A program made the position numbers and the translations under genes. DNA of 63,332 nucleotides, filler included, from Octopus bimaculoides (Eukaryota), in assembly GCF_001194135.2 (NCBI RefSeq). It is 5 parts of 4 records of this genome, joined end to end, with 100 filler letters (N's around TTAATTAATTAA, not from the genome) between each part and the next. Parts side by side here need not be neighbours in the genome. Positions count along the whole stretch, not along the records: positions 1 to 31,263 come from NC_068981.1; 4 more parts are not named here. One strand, written 5' to 3'. A model generated the notes under the pieces. That model worked only from the letters and a program-made list of their open reading frames with translations, was not told the DNA's origin and searched no databases. Shown here in pieces: positions 1 to 12,394 of this stretch (its first letter is position 1; every line of letters begins with the position of its first letter).

Positions 1-128
1 TACCAAATCCACTCACAAAGCTTTGGTCAGCCTGAAGCTATAGTAGAAGACACTTGCCCAAGGTGCCATGCAGTGGGAATGAACCCAGAACCATGTGGCT
101 GGCAAGCAAGTTACTTACCACACAGCCA

Positions 129-130
<2 letters not shown>
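1..130 (-). mobile_element. Family A SINE, 5' half
   Basis: CCACTCACAAAGCTTTGG...CTTACCACACAGCCACT. Confidence 0.85.
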
Positions 131-180
<50 letters not shown>

Positions 181-328
181 CATACACATACATATATACA
201 CATGTATATATGCATACAAATATTCATATGCATACATGTACACACACATATATATATATTTTATGTAAACATATATGTATATACAACATATATATATATT
301 TATTCAATATTATCTGGGTAATATGATA

Positions 329-360
<32 letters not shown>

Positions 361-517
361 AGTGCACATGCATATGTATGTGTGTGTGTGTGTATGTATG
401 TATATAAGTAATTATTTAAAATTTAGGTATACATTTTCTCTCATCTGTTATACAAATATATATGTATATAAAGTGAGGAGAGTCTATTTACTTTTGAGGT
501 GACTGTGTGTGTATGTG

Positions 518-553
<36 letters not shown>

Positions 554-1334
554 TACACTAACACACATGTATGCATACATACACATGTGTATGCATGTGT
601 GTATGTGTGTAAGAGTGTGTGTGTGTGTTTGTATGTGCGTCTGCATGTGTGTGTGTGTATGGCACAATAAATATTTCATATTTCTCATCATGGCGACATT
701 GGTTGTAATGCTGGCTGATAATAAAACGTGGGAATTCTCAAGAAGTATACAACAACAACAACAACAACAACAAAAACAATTATTACTACCACCACTTTCG
801 CTACTACTATTACTGCTCCTACTGCTACTGCAACAATTATAGGAAAAGAAAGAAAGGTGTCTGCCCTCGTCAATGGGCAATCATCATGTGAATTAAAAAG
901 AAAGCGGTAAAAAACAATACTGAACTACATTTGCGACAAGAACAACAACTTCAATAAAAATGATGATGCTAATGATAATAATGATAATAATAATAATAAT
1001 AATAATGATAATAATAATAATAATAATGATAACATAGGCGTAGGTGTGACTGTGTGGTAAGTAGCTTGCTTACGAACCACAAGGTTCCTGGTTCAGTTAT
1101 GCCCCTTCTGGGGCTGATAAAATAAAGTATCAGTAGAATATTGGGGTCAGTTTCAGTGACTGTTTTATCATTTGTTTTTTACTCATTAGATTGTGGCCAT
1201 GCTGGGGCACCACCTTGAAGAACTTTTAGTTGACTGAACAAACTCAAAGTACCCTTTTTTTACCTTTAAGCCTTGGTATTTATTCTACTGATCTCTTTTA
1301 CTGAACTGGTAAATCACAAAGGTGGTGGTGGTGG

Positions 1335-1600
1335 TGGTAGACGGAAACTGAAAGAAGCCCGTCGTATATATATATATATATACATATATGTATGTGTGTG
1401 TATATGTTTGTGTGTCTGTGTTTGTCCCCCCAACATCGCTTGACAACCGATACTGGTGTGTTTACGTCCCCACAACTTAGCTGTTCGGCAAAAGAGACCA
1501 ATAGAATAAGTACTAGGCTTACAAAGAATAGGTCCTGGGGTCTATTTGCTTGACTAAAGGCGGTGCTCCAGCATGGCCACAAGTAAAAGAGTAAAAAACA
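1335..1600 (+). mobile_element. Family A SINE, 3' two-thirds
   Basis: GGTAGACGGAAACTGAAAGAAGCCCGTCG-(TA/TG)n-...GTAAAAGAGTAAAA. Confidence 0.85.
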
Positions 1601-1839
1601 ATAAGAGAGAAAATAATGTTTATAATTGTATTCTTCCACTTTATTTATATTTGAAAATTTTCCTCTTACTTTTTCGAATTGCAAAGTCTTTGATCAGATC
1701 CTCAAAATTAATTTAGGTAACACACCTGCGTCTATACGTAGTAGAGATAAAGATATCCCGAATATTATTTTAGCAAGTTTAAAGTGATTTCTTTTGTGCC
1801 GTGAACCATTTACCATTTCTGTGGTGCTCCCTTGTTCGT

Positions 1840-2075
1840 GAGAAGACCAGGCAGAGACAGCTGCAACTATCTGGTCACTGCATGCACCACCCTGAACTGG
1901 AAGTATCCAAATTAGTCTTGTGGAACCCACTTCAAGGTGATGTTAAGAAGAGGAAAACGTCTCCATACTTACATTGACAACTTGATCGCAGACATTGGCC
2001 TAGATGTATCCAGGATCTCAAGGCAGTGATGTCGGACCAAGAAGTGAAGCAGGTGGACTTTGTTGCTGCAAGTCA
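1840..2075 (+). mobile_element. RTE-X-like LINE 3' coding relic
   Basis: RQRQLQLSGHCMHHPELEVSKLVLWNPLQG, then after a frameshift GKRLHTYIDNLIADIG...LKAVMSDQE. Confidence 0.65.
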
Positions 2076-3452
2076 GGTTGGAACCCAGCTATAATAAAAA
2101 ATAATACATAGATCAGAATTGGGCCCCCTAGATCAGTGAAACCCTTGGGTACTGGATCTGACCACTCTGTTCTTTTGTATATCAGAATTACATTGTCCAA
2201 TGTGAACTTCTTACTTTAAAACGCTAAGGTGTCATCTGAGGGATATTTGATTACTGTTTCTAGTCTGCTTTTCCTTTTGTATATCGGAGTCACATTGTCT
2301 AATGTTGAATTGCTTCTTTAAAATGCTAGGTGTGATCTGAGAAATATTTGGCTGCTGTTTCTTGCAGATCAAGATACTAATTCACTGGTTCACTGGGCAA
2401 GGTATATGTATTACATAGGTAAGAACACTAATGACACTAGTAGTAGTAGCAGTAGTAGTAGTAGCAACAGTAGTAGGAGGAGGAGGAGGAGGAGATGGAG
2501 GAGTAGCAGCAGCAGCAAGTGGAGGGGGAGGGGAAGAGGAGGAGGAGGGATCAGAAAAAGATAGAATATGGTGAATTATCTCAATAATTAGCTTTTGTTT
2601 TTGCTATTTTTTTAGTTTAATTTTATTACCTTTGCTTTTATCAGTTTCTTTTCTTGTTGCCTTTTTTGATTAATTCTTTTTGCTTTGTTTTTTTTTTTGT
2701 TTTTTTTTTTTGTCACAGCATCAGAGGTGGTGAAGGATGAGGAAAGTGCTGATGGAAGATGGAAATGAGGACGATGAAAGGTGGGGGGGGGGAGTGTGGG
2801 AGGAGGTTCTTTTGATTCAACAGAAAAAAAATAAAAGTTTTATAAAAGATAAAATAAACAAAGAAATGAAACAAAAAAAACAAAAACAAAATAAGTCAAA
2901 CAGCAAAAAAATAAAACAGAGATTCGTTCAGTACATTGAAGAAGTACAAAAACAAAAACAAAAACACACACAAAAAATACTCTCTAACAACAAAAATACA
3001 TGCAAAACTCCATTCCTTGCGGGGAGCCCCACCCAAACCTTTGCCTTTACACTGCAGCTGATGCTTTGATTACATTTCTCTACCACCGACCCAACATTAA
3101 TTAGATAGAAGGATAAATAAATAATTACAAGTTCTTCATTATGATTATTATTATTATTATTATCATTTTGTTTTTTTCCCATAACTATGTCATAGTTAGC
3201 AGGGATATTAGTGTATGTATTTTGGTAGGAAAGTTCATTAAGTTCATTTGCCTTGAGGTGGTATAGAATCTTAAAATTTCAGGCCTTGCCCTTTGTCTGA
3301 GAGTGGCAAAGGTCAAGGACGTGAAATGTTAAGATTCCACACTTCTCATTGAAGTCTGAACTTGGTAAACTCTTCTGCGACCTTTCATACTGAGTAATCA
3401 GTGCCAGTGTAAGAAACTTTCACTAGTTTCTTTGGATTCCAGAGTTTAGCAC

Positions 3453-3869
3453 ATACTCTTTTACTCTCTTTTACTCTTTTACTTGTTTCAATCATTTGAC
3501 TGCGGCCATGCTGGAGCACCACCTTTAGTCAGGCAAATCGACCCCAGGACTTATTCTTTGTAAGCCTAGTACTTATTCTATCGGTCTCTTTTTTGCCGAA
3601 CCGCTAAGTTACGGTGAGGTAAACACACCAGCATCGGTTGTCAAACGATGGTGGGGGGGACAAACACAGACATACAAACACACATACATATATACACACA
3701 TATATACGACGGGCTTCTTTCAGTTTCCGTCTACAAAATCCACTCACAAGGCTTTGGTCGGCCCAAGGCTATAGTAGAAGACAATTGCCCAAGGTGCCAC
3801 GCAGTGGGACTGAACCCGGAACCATGTGGTTGGTAAGCAAGCTACTTACCACACAGCCACTCCTGCGCC
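3453..3869 (-). mobile_element. Family A SINE (tRNA head, internal AC/AT microsatellite, GAGTAAAA tail), complete
   Basis: Minus strand GGCGCAGGAGTGGCTGTGTGGTAAG...GGGTTCAGTCCC...CCTTGGGCAA...(GAGTAAAA)n. Confidence 0.9.
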
Positions 3870-4181
3870 TGTTGCATGTTGTTGTTGTTGTTGTTATTGT
3901 TGTTGTTATTGTCTTTAACCCCAGGTCAGCCCTGATCAGGTTGACCTATATACGATCAAAGACATTTCACCAACCGAGATGGCAGAATTGCTGGATGAAA
4001 TAGTTAGTGGTATTTCTTCCAGAGCTTTATGGTCTGAGGTCAAATCCTGCAGAGATCAAGTTTGCCTTTCATCCTTTCAGGGTCTAGAAAATAGAGTCCC
4101 AGTTAAGTACAAGACCAATGTAATTGACTAATCCCCTTCCTCTAAAATTGCTAACCGTGTGCCGAAATTTGAAACAATTAA

Positions 4182-4590
4182 GGTGCAGGAGTGGCTGTGT
4201 GGTAAGTAGCTTGCTTACCAACCACATGATCCTAGGTTCAGTCCCACTGCATGGTACTTTGGGCAAGTGTCTTCTACTATAGCTTCAGGCCAACCAAAGC
4301 CTTGTGAGTGGATTTGGTAGACAGAAACAGTAGGAAGTCTGTCGTATATATATATATATATTTATATATGCATATGTTTGTGTGTCTGTGTTTCCCCCTC
4401 CCACCATCACTTGACAACCGATATTGGTGTGTTTACATCCCCGTAACTTATCAGTTTAGCAAAAAAAGAGACCAACAGAATAAGTACTAGACTTACAAAG
4501 AATAAGTCCTGGGGTCGATTTGTTCAACTAAAGGTAGTGCTCCAGCATGGTCGCAGTCAAATGACTGAAACAAATAAAAGAAAAAAAAAA
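4182..4590 (+). mobile_element. Family A SINE, complete
   Basis: GGTGCAGGAGTGGCTGTGTGGTAAG through CAGTCAAATGACTGAAACAAATAAAAG. Confidence 0.9.
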
Positions 4591-4952
4591 TATCATGACT
4601 ATAATGTTTTGTTTATTTTGTTTTTTTCTTTTCAGGATATGATTTGATAAAAATTTTACTGTTATTGCTAGCAGATCAAGCAGTTGCATAAAGGGTACCT
4701 GATTGGCTAATATACAAAACTATGACATCTTATTCATGCTTGCATGGGTTGGACAGAATCTGTTGACGTGGATTTTCTACGGCTGGATGTTCTTCCTGTT
4801 GCCAACCCTCACTTGTTTCCCAGTAAAATAATATTTCTCCACGGCCAGATATTTCTCAGAAGAATGGAAATGAAGGACACCGCTTGTATGACAGTGACAC
4901 TTGATTACAACTATTATGCAATGACAAGGAGACAAGGCAGTAACAAGCACAC

Positions 4953-4990
<38 letters not shown>

Positions 4991-5141
4991 ACTCACAAAA
5001 CACATACTTATACACATGTATACACATAGATATATACATACATGCACACACATACATACATACATACATGCACACATACATATATACATGCATACATATA
5101 TACACACATACATATATACATACATACACACACATACATCT

Positions 5142-5175
<34 letters not shown>

Positions 5176-5176
<1 letters not shown>

Positions 5177-5492
5177 GTTCTATATTTAAGAGATGAGGAA
5201 TTATGTACATTATTTACACTATTTACAATTGACGGATATTTGTCCTCATCTTGTTTGTTGTTAACACAACGTTTCGGCTGATATACCCTCCAGCCTTCAT
5301 CAGGTGTCTTGGAGAAATTTCGAACCAGAGTTCTCATTCCTAAGGTAGTTCTCGATGTTATTATTATTATTATTATTATGTTTATTATTATTATTATTAT
5401 TATTGTTATTCAGGTCAGTGCTTGGAATCAAACTCAGAATCTTGGGGTTAGTAGCCCGCACTCTTAACCACGGCACCATATACCCATGGGCA
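5176..5492 (-). mobile_element. Non-autonomous element H: tRNA-like head, (AAT)n spacer and hammerhead-containing tail (copy 1)
   Basis: The minus strand reads GTGGTTAAGAG (A-box-like), GGG-CTACTAA-CCC, GAGTTTGATTCC (B-box-like), then (AAT)n, then a tail shared with the copies near 32 kb. Confidence 0.75.
5263..5308 (-). ncRNA. Minimal type I hammerhead ribozyme motif
   Basis: Minus strand: GACAC-CTGATGA-A-GGCTG(GAGGGTATAT)CAGCC-GAA-ACGT-T-GTGTT. Stem I is GACAC/GTGTT, stem II is 5 bp, stem III is the palindrome ACGT, and the cleavage triplet is GUU. Confidence 0.75.
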
Positions 5493-6050
5493 TACATATA
5501 TATTTTAAGATTGGCTTTTTTCAGCTTCTTTCTACGGAATCCACTCACAAGGCTTTAGTCAGCCTGGAGCTCTATGCCCAGGGTTCCATGCTGTGAGATG
5601 GAACCCAAAGCCATGTGGTCAAGAAGTAAACATCTTACCACACATCCATGCTTTCACCTATGTATGCAGATAAATAAGAGAAGATAATGTGAAGAAGCGA
5701 TGCAATTGGAGACAGAAGAGTTGTAGCTTGATGATTTCGATGCTATAAAACAGGAGAATTCATCGAAAATCAATAAGATTGCCATAAGGTGTAAGATGTC
5801 CAACATTTTCTACTCTTGCCTTTCAACAAATAATAGAGAGAATTGAAGAAAAGGATCTGTTTCCTACAGCTACAATATTAATCGTTTCATCTTCATCTGA
5901 ATAAAAGAGAAATCATATCAAATGAATTTGCCCTTCAGTTGCTGTTATTTCTGTCCAGATCAGTTCTTAATTCAGATGAACAATGATTCTAAGACATTCT
6001 AGTCGTGGCCATTTCATCTTTTATTTTATTCAGATACAGTATTACTAGGT

Positions 6051-6435
6051 GGAGGCACAATGGCCCAGTGGTTAGGGCAGCGGACTCGCGGTTGGAGGAT
6101 CGCAGTTTCGATTCCCAGACCGGGCGTTGTGAGTGTTTATTGAGCGAAAATACCTAAAGCTCCACGAGGCTCCGGCAGGGGATGATGGCAAACCCTGTTC
6201 TACTCTTTCACCACAACTTTCTCTTACTCTTACTTCCTGTTTCTGTTGTGCCTGTAATTCAAAGGGCCAGCCTTGTCACACTCTGTGTCACGCTGAATAT
6301 CCCTGAGAACTACGTCAAGGGTACACGTGTCTGTGGAGTGCTCAGCCACTTGCACGTTAATTTCACGAGCAGGCTGTTCCATTGATCGGATCAACTGAAA
6401 TCCTCGACGTTGTAAGCGACGGAGTGCCAACAACA
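6051..6435 (+). mobile_element. tRNA-derived SINE, family D (head A plus tail 1)
   Basis: GGAGGCACAATGGCCCAGTGGTTAGG (A box), GTTTCGATTCCC (B box), tail ending GACGGAGTGCCAACAACA. Confidence 0.85.
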
Positions 6436-6448
6436 AGTATTACTAGTT

Positions 6449-6760
6449 GAAAGCACAATGGCCCAGTGGTTAGGGCAGCGGACTCGCGGTCGGAAGATCG
6501 CGGTATCAATTCCCAGACTGGGCATTGTGTGTGTTTATTGAGAAAAAACACCTAAAAGCTCCATGAGGCTCCGGCAGGGGGTGGTGGCGACCCCTGTTGT
6601 ACTCTTACGCCCCAACTTTCTCTCACTCTTCCTTCCTGTTTCTTGAGTAACGCTGTGATGGACTGGCGTCCGTTTAGCTGGGGGGAAACACATACGCCAT
6701 AGAATCCGGGAAGCTGGGCCCATGAGCCTGGCTAGGCTTTAAAAGGGCGCATAAATAAAT
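6449..6760 (+). mobile_element. tRNA-derived SINE, family D (head A plus tail 2, V-domain-like)
   Basis: Same ~170-bp head as 6051, then GCTGTGATGGACTGGCGTCC...CATGAGCCTGGCTAGGCTTTAAAAGGGCGC. Confidence 0.85.
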
Positions 6761-7131
6761 AGTATTACTAAGAATGTGTTGTCCAATGCGCTCTTTCTTT
6801 ATTATGAAAGAGGAGTGTGTTTGAGAGGGGATTTGACTTGGATTTCTAGCGAGTCAAATTACCATTTAGAGCCGTACTTCCCAAATGCATCACTGCAACA
6901 TGGTGCACCATAAGGAATATTGCAGTGTACAGTGGATTTCTAAAGATATAATTTAAAGTTTTAGATAATTCATACTAAATTTTGAGTCTCTGGAAAAATG
7001 AGTCATTCATAGTTTTGATACACACAAATATGATTGATATTACAAGGTGGTATTGTATAAAAGGTGGCAAAGCGGCAAAATCATTTGTACACTGGGCAAA
7101 ATGCTTAACGGCAATTCATCCTTTTTTTCCA

Positions 7132-7134
<3 letters not shown>

Positions 7135-7164
<30 letters not shown>

Positions 7165-7530
7165 TACTTTCCATGCTGGCATGGGTTGGACGGTTTGACC
7201 GAGGACTGGCAAGCCAGGAGGCTGCACCAGAATCCAGTCTGATCTGGCAAGGTTTCTACAGCTGGATGCCCTTCCTATCGCCAACCACTCCAAGAGTGTA
7301 GTGGATGCCTTTCACATGCCACTGGCATGGGGGTCAGCCAGGCAGCACTGGCATCGGCCACATTCGGGTGGTGCTTTTTATGTGCCACCAGCATGGGGAC
7401 CAGTCAAGGAACACTGGCATTGACCACATTCGGGTGGTACTTTTTACGTGTCACCAGCACAGGAGCCAGTCAGGTGGCACTGGCATCGACCACGCTTGAA
7501 TGGTGCTTTTTACATGCAACCAGCATGGGG
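7135..7530 (-). mobile_element. Family C copy with about three 66-bp internal tandem units
   Basis: (ATC)n tail, GCTGGATGCCCTTCCT core, and repeated GGCATCGGCCACATTCGGGTGGTGCTTTTTATGTGCCACCAGCA units. Confidence 0.8.
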
Positions 7531-8243
7531 AGCCAGTCCAGCACCAGTTCAAATTCTGCTGAGGCTGACTCTACCTTTCATCCTTTGGGAATCAAAAAAA
7601 TAATTACCAGTTGAACACTGAAGTTGATGTAATCAACTTATCTCCTCCCTGGACGTGCTGGCCTTGTGCTAAAATTTGAAGCCAATAATACAAGGTAAAA
7701 TAAGTACCAGTTGAGCATTGGGGTTGATATAATTGACATATCCCTCCCCCAAATTGCTGGCCTTGTGCCAAAATTTGAAACCAATATTACAAGGTCAGTA
7801 ATTGTTTTCTATATTTTTTCTAGATTATCTATTTCAAAACAGTTTCATCTTTAAATAGCACTTCTAAATCACATGCCTCTGCTCTTTCTAATTTACATGA
7901 ATTATATATAAGATGCAAATATGGATGTCTAGGTAAGCAGTTCAGCGTACAAACATATGGTTATGTTTTTTTCCTTCTATTACAGCGAATCTTGACTAAG
8001 TGCTTTCTTACTACACCTTTAGGACTGACCAATTCTTTGTGAGCAGAATTTGGGAGACAGAAACTGTAGAGAAGCCCACTTTATATGTATGCATCATCAT
8101 TATCACCATCATTTTTAATGACTGTGTTCCGTGCTGACATGGCTTGGATGGTTTGACAGTATCCAATTGGTTTCTATGGCTGGATGCCATTCCTAATGTG
8201 AATGCAGATGTGTGTGTGTATGTGTGCACATGCACATGCACAC

Positions 8244-8323
<80 letters not shown>

Positions 8324-8559
8324 GCATGTATGGCAACCAAGAGAATGGCAAAAGTGTTATACAAGCTTTTGGCACTTAAATTCAATGATGTACAGATGTC
8401 TCATAATCATTTGAATGTGAGACAGCTATCATCTGACAAAACAAGCCAATTGTTATGTATGCATGTTTGTATGTGTGTATGTATGTATGTATGTGTGTGT
8501 ATGTATGCATGTACGTATGTATGTATATATGTATGTATGTAGGGGAGAATTCACAAAAA

Positions 8560-9210
8560 AAAAGACGAAGACAGGTGGTGTAGACAACAAACAGATGTAT
8601 TAGTATAATGGTCGGGAAGTGAAAAGTCTTTAACGCTTCAAGCCTATGCTCTTCCACAGAAAGGGGTACTTGATTTATCGACCCCGAAAGGATGAAACGC
8701 TAAGTCAACCTCGGCAGAATTTGAACTCAGAGCATAACGGCACACGAAATACCACTGAGCATTTTGCCTGGCGTGCTAACGTTTCTTATTTCTTTATTGC
8801 CCACAAGGGGCTAAACATAGAGGAGACAAAAAAAGACAGACAAAGGGATTAAGTCGATTACATCAACCCCAGTGCGTAACTGGTACTTAATATATCAACC
8901 TTGAAAGGATGTAAGGCAAAATCAGCCTTGGCGGAATTTGAACTCAGAACGTAACGGCAGACGAAATACCGCTAAGCATTTCGCCTGGTGTGCTAACGAT
9001 TCTGACAGCTTGCCACCTTAGACTGGACATGTACTGATTTCAAATTTTGGCTCAAGGCCAGCAATTTAGGGAAAGGGAATAAGTCAATTACATCGTCCCC
9101 AATGTTCAACTGGTCGATCTAGGCAGAATTTGAACTCAGAACAAAGACGGACGAAATGCCGCTAAGCATTTCACCCAGATTGCTAACAATTCTGCAGGCT
9201 CGTTGCCTTA
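8560..9210 (-). mobile_element. Family B SINE cluster of tandem partial copies
   Basis: Repeated GGCAGAATTTGAACTCAGAAC..GACGAAATACCGCTAAGCATTT modules and GACCCCGAAAGGATGAAA. Related copies lie at about 3975-4175 (+), 7545-7790 (+), 11200-11345 (+), 41020-41245 (-) and 47160-47370 (-). Confidence 0.75.
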
Positions 9211-9789
9211 CTAAATGTCTAGACATTACAAGTATTTTATCAAGACACTTTAAAGTTCTGCCAATCCATGATTGTTTGATGATCCTTGATTGATTACAAA
9301 AGAGAAATGGATGTTGTGATGTTCATGGCTTTACAAATAGAATAGAAAGCAAAAAGAAGTAAAAAAAAAAAAGACTAGAAATTGAAAAGCAGGTCATGAA
9401 CTTTTCTTAGTCTGAAGTTTTACTACTTATTTAACATGGCTTGCTATAAATGTACCATAAATGTGTCATAGAAAGAAACAGAAGAGAAAGAGAGTAGGGT
9501 GGATCGGTCGGTTGATGAATGTTAATCAGGACAGTTCCTTAAATATCTTGTATTTTGGGAATCTTAGCAGTGAACTAGTAAAACAGTCATTAAACTAATG
9601 AGATGCCATGATATCCCTATCACTGATTAGGGAGTCACCTAGATAAAACTATACTACACTACCTCCACTTTAAATTAATCTTCACCACTGTCCATAATCT
9701 CCAGAACCCCACCCAATAAATAATTAAAACTAAAAAGGAAACACACACACACACACACACACCTACACATACGCACTGGTTGTGTGTGG

Positions 9790-10140
9790 TCATTATCATT
9801 ATCACCATGTCCATTTTCCAGTTGCATGAGTTGGATGGTTTGATAGGAGCTGGCAAGCCAGAGGTATACAACAAGGTCCGCTGTCTCCTTTGGCATGGTG
9901 CTTACAGCTGGATGCCCTTCCTAACACCAACCATGCATGGGTAGGACGGTATGACCAGAGCTGGCAAGCCGAGAAGGCTGCACCAGACACCAGTTGGATT
10001 TGACATGGCTTCTATAGCTGGATGCCCTTCCTAACACCGACCAATTTACAGAATGTGGTGGGTGCTTTTACAATCACCGCATGGGTGCTTTCATGTGGCA
10101 CCACATGGGTGCTCTTACGTGGCACCACCATGAGTGCTTT
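9790..10140 (-). mobile_element. Family C copy with a duplicated core and 22-bp internal units
   Basis: Two GCTGGATGCCCTTCCTAACACC cores and GGCACCACATGGGTGCT repeats. Confidence 0.75.
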
Positions 10141-10219
10141 ACACAACCAGAAGGATTGGTCTTAATGCTTCTGCTTCGGGGTACATACATACATACATCT
10201 GTGTGTGTGTGTATTTTTA

Positions 10220-10300
10220 TGTGTAAAGATACTATGTATAAATGGGCCGAAGAAAACAACATGGAATTTAGTACAGGAAAATTTCAAACCCTTTACTATC
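10220..10300 (+). mobile_element. Short CR1/L2/jockey-group RT fragment
   Basis: YKWAEENNMEFSTGKFQTL. Confidence 0.5.
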
Positions 10301-10655
10301 AATCAGCTTGTATCCTTACATTTTAACAATTCTTTGTAAGTTAAGTGATAGTTACCATTCATTTATAAGATATACTGGTGTACGACCACACCATCATCCA
10401 CGAGAAAACACAATTTAATAAAAATATAGAAGGTTAGAAAAAATACCTCNNNNNNNNNNNNNNNNNNNNNNNNNNNNNNNNNNNNNNNNNNNNNNNNNNN
10501 NNNNNNNNNNNNNNNNNNNNNNNNNNNNNNNNNNNNNNNNNNNNNNNNNNNNNNNNNNNNNNNNNNNNNNNNNNNNNNNNNNNNNNNNNNNNNNNNNNNN
10601 NNNNNNNNNNNNNNNNNNNNNNNNNNNNNNNNNNNNNNNNNNNNNNNNAAAAAAG

Positions 10656-10759
10656 TCAAGGTAGAAAATGCTAAAATAATTTTATAAAAAACATTTCAGT
10701 TCCGGTACTGAAACCGGTATTGTTTTTTTATAAAATTATTTTAGCATTTTCTACCTTGA
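10656..10759. other. Inverted repeat with ~38-bp arms
   Basis: TCAAGGTAGAAAATGCTAAAATAATTTTATAAAAAACA ... TGTTTTTTTATAAAATTATTTTAGCATTTTCTACCTTGA. Confidence 0.9.
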
Positions 10760-10799
10760 TTTTGTTTCCATATATATATCAACTCATGTGTTCCTTTTC

Positions 10800-10925
10800 A
10801 ACCTCCTTGAGTAAATCTGCGATGGACTGGCGTCCCATCCAGCTGGGGGGAACACATACGCCATAGAAACTGGGAAACTGGGCCCATGAGCCTGGCTAGG
10901 CTTTAAAAGGGCGCAAAAAAAAAAA
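10800..10925 (+). mobile_element. 5'-truncated family D tail 2
   Basis: CTGCGATGGACTGGCGTCCCATCCAGCTGGGGG...AAAAGGGCGC followed by poly-A. Confidence 0.75.
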
Positions 10926-12394
10926 TGTTTATTAACACCAGTCTGTGTGCTTACTAATCTAATACTCACATCAACGTATCTTTTATCTTTTACTTGTGTC
11001 AGTCAATAGAATGCGGCCATGCTGGGGCACCTCCTTGAAGAATTTTAGTTGAACAAATCAACCCCAGTAACTATTATTCTTTTTAAAGCCTGGTCTCTTT
11101 GTCTCTATTGGTCTCTTTTTGCTGAATCACTAAGTTATGAGGATGTAAACACACTAACAGGAAGAAAGAGTGAGAGAAAGTTGGGGCAAAAGAGTAAAAC
11201 AGTTCAAATTCTGCCGAGGCCAACTTTGCCTTTCATCTTTCGGGGTCGATAAATTAAGTACCAGCTGCGTACTGGGGGTCGATTAAACCAACTGGCCCCC
11301 TCCCCCAAAATTTCGGGCCTTGTACCTAGAGTAGAAAAGGATAAGCGTATACCTATGTTGGCATGTATATATGTTTCGCATGCTTGTGTGAAGTGTAAAA
11401 GTTCATTGGTAGTCTAATGCTTTATTCCTGTATTCCTGTATTCCTGTATTCCTGTATTCTTTGAGTGATTAGTATGGAAGATGAAAAGCCATTAAATTGT
11501 AATTTCGTCTGTACCATTCCAAAATAAGTAAAACAACAGGACTTGAATGCTTGTACTCAGAAACACATGCATCACTGCACATGCACCAATGCACACTCCC
11601 ACACATGTGATTTATTAAAAAATAAAAACAGATATCAACCAAGAAAATAAGCAGATAAATAAATATATAAGTAAAAGTTTAACCACTCGCTCCTTTCCCT
11701 GAATTTGCAAATTTTCTGATCCTGCCCTCATGAGCACAGATGTGTACTTGGATACTGGGGGGTTGCACCATGAATATAAATGGTAGAGCTTCCATCATCA
11801 GTTCTTCCCATCACCACAGTCTGAGGGTTTTTGGCATAAGGTTTGTCACACCCAGTTTATTATATGCAAACACACACAGACGTGTCCATACATGATTTAA
11901 AACTGATCCTCCATAATCTCCGCTCACTCCCTTGCACACATATCAACCCTATCTCATCTACATTCCAGCTCTTACCCCATTCTACAGGCACTTACCTCAT
12001 TCATCATGATGGCACTGTCTGATCCCTATCCAAGAAGCTCTAATAAACAAAGAGATTTCCCCTCTGAGTTTTACCCGTAGTATGTTTTCGTTGTTATATT
12101 TGGGGGTGGTCATATTTTTTTGCCATTTAATCACACACAGACTATAGACTTGGTCCTGACTTCAGCTTTACTGCTATTCTTATCTTAGTGTCCTTTGTCT
12201 GAAATCTTTTGCCACACATTTGTGACCTCTTCAGCAACTCTCCATCCCACACGTCTCCTGTTCTGTTTAGTCCATTCTATCTTTCTCTGGCATGTATCCT
12301 TATCTGCACATGCATTTGCGTGTGTGTCGGGGTGCACATGTTTATGTATGTTTTGTATCTGTATATGGGTTTGCTTACTCACTGCTTGTACTTG

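Noticed and set aside
54-910. ORFs rich in HT/YI/CV/poly-Q/poly-L, and all X-containing long ORFs
   Set aside because: These are translations of dinucleotide and trinucleotide microsatellites or of N gaps.
2171-2365. ~100-bp tandem duplication
   Set aside because: These are two diverged pieces of an old SINE-like repeat, which is ordinary.
5405-5490. tRNA gene with an ACT anticodon
   Set aside because: There is no proper acceptor stem, and the sequence is fused to (AAT)n and a repeat tail. It is a SINE-type head.
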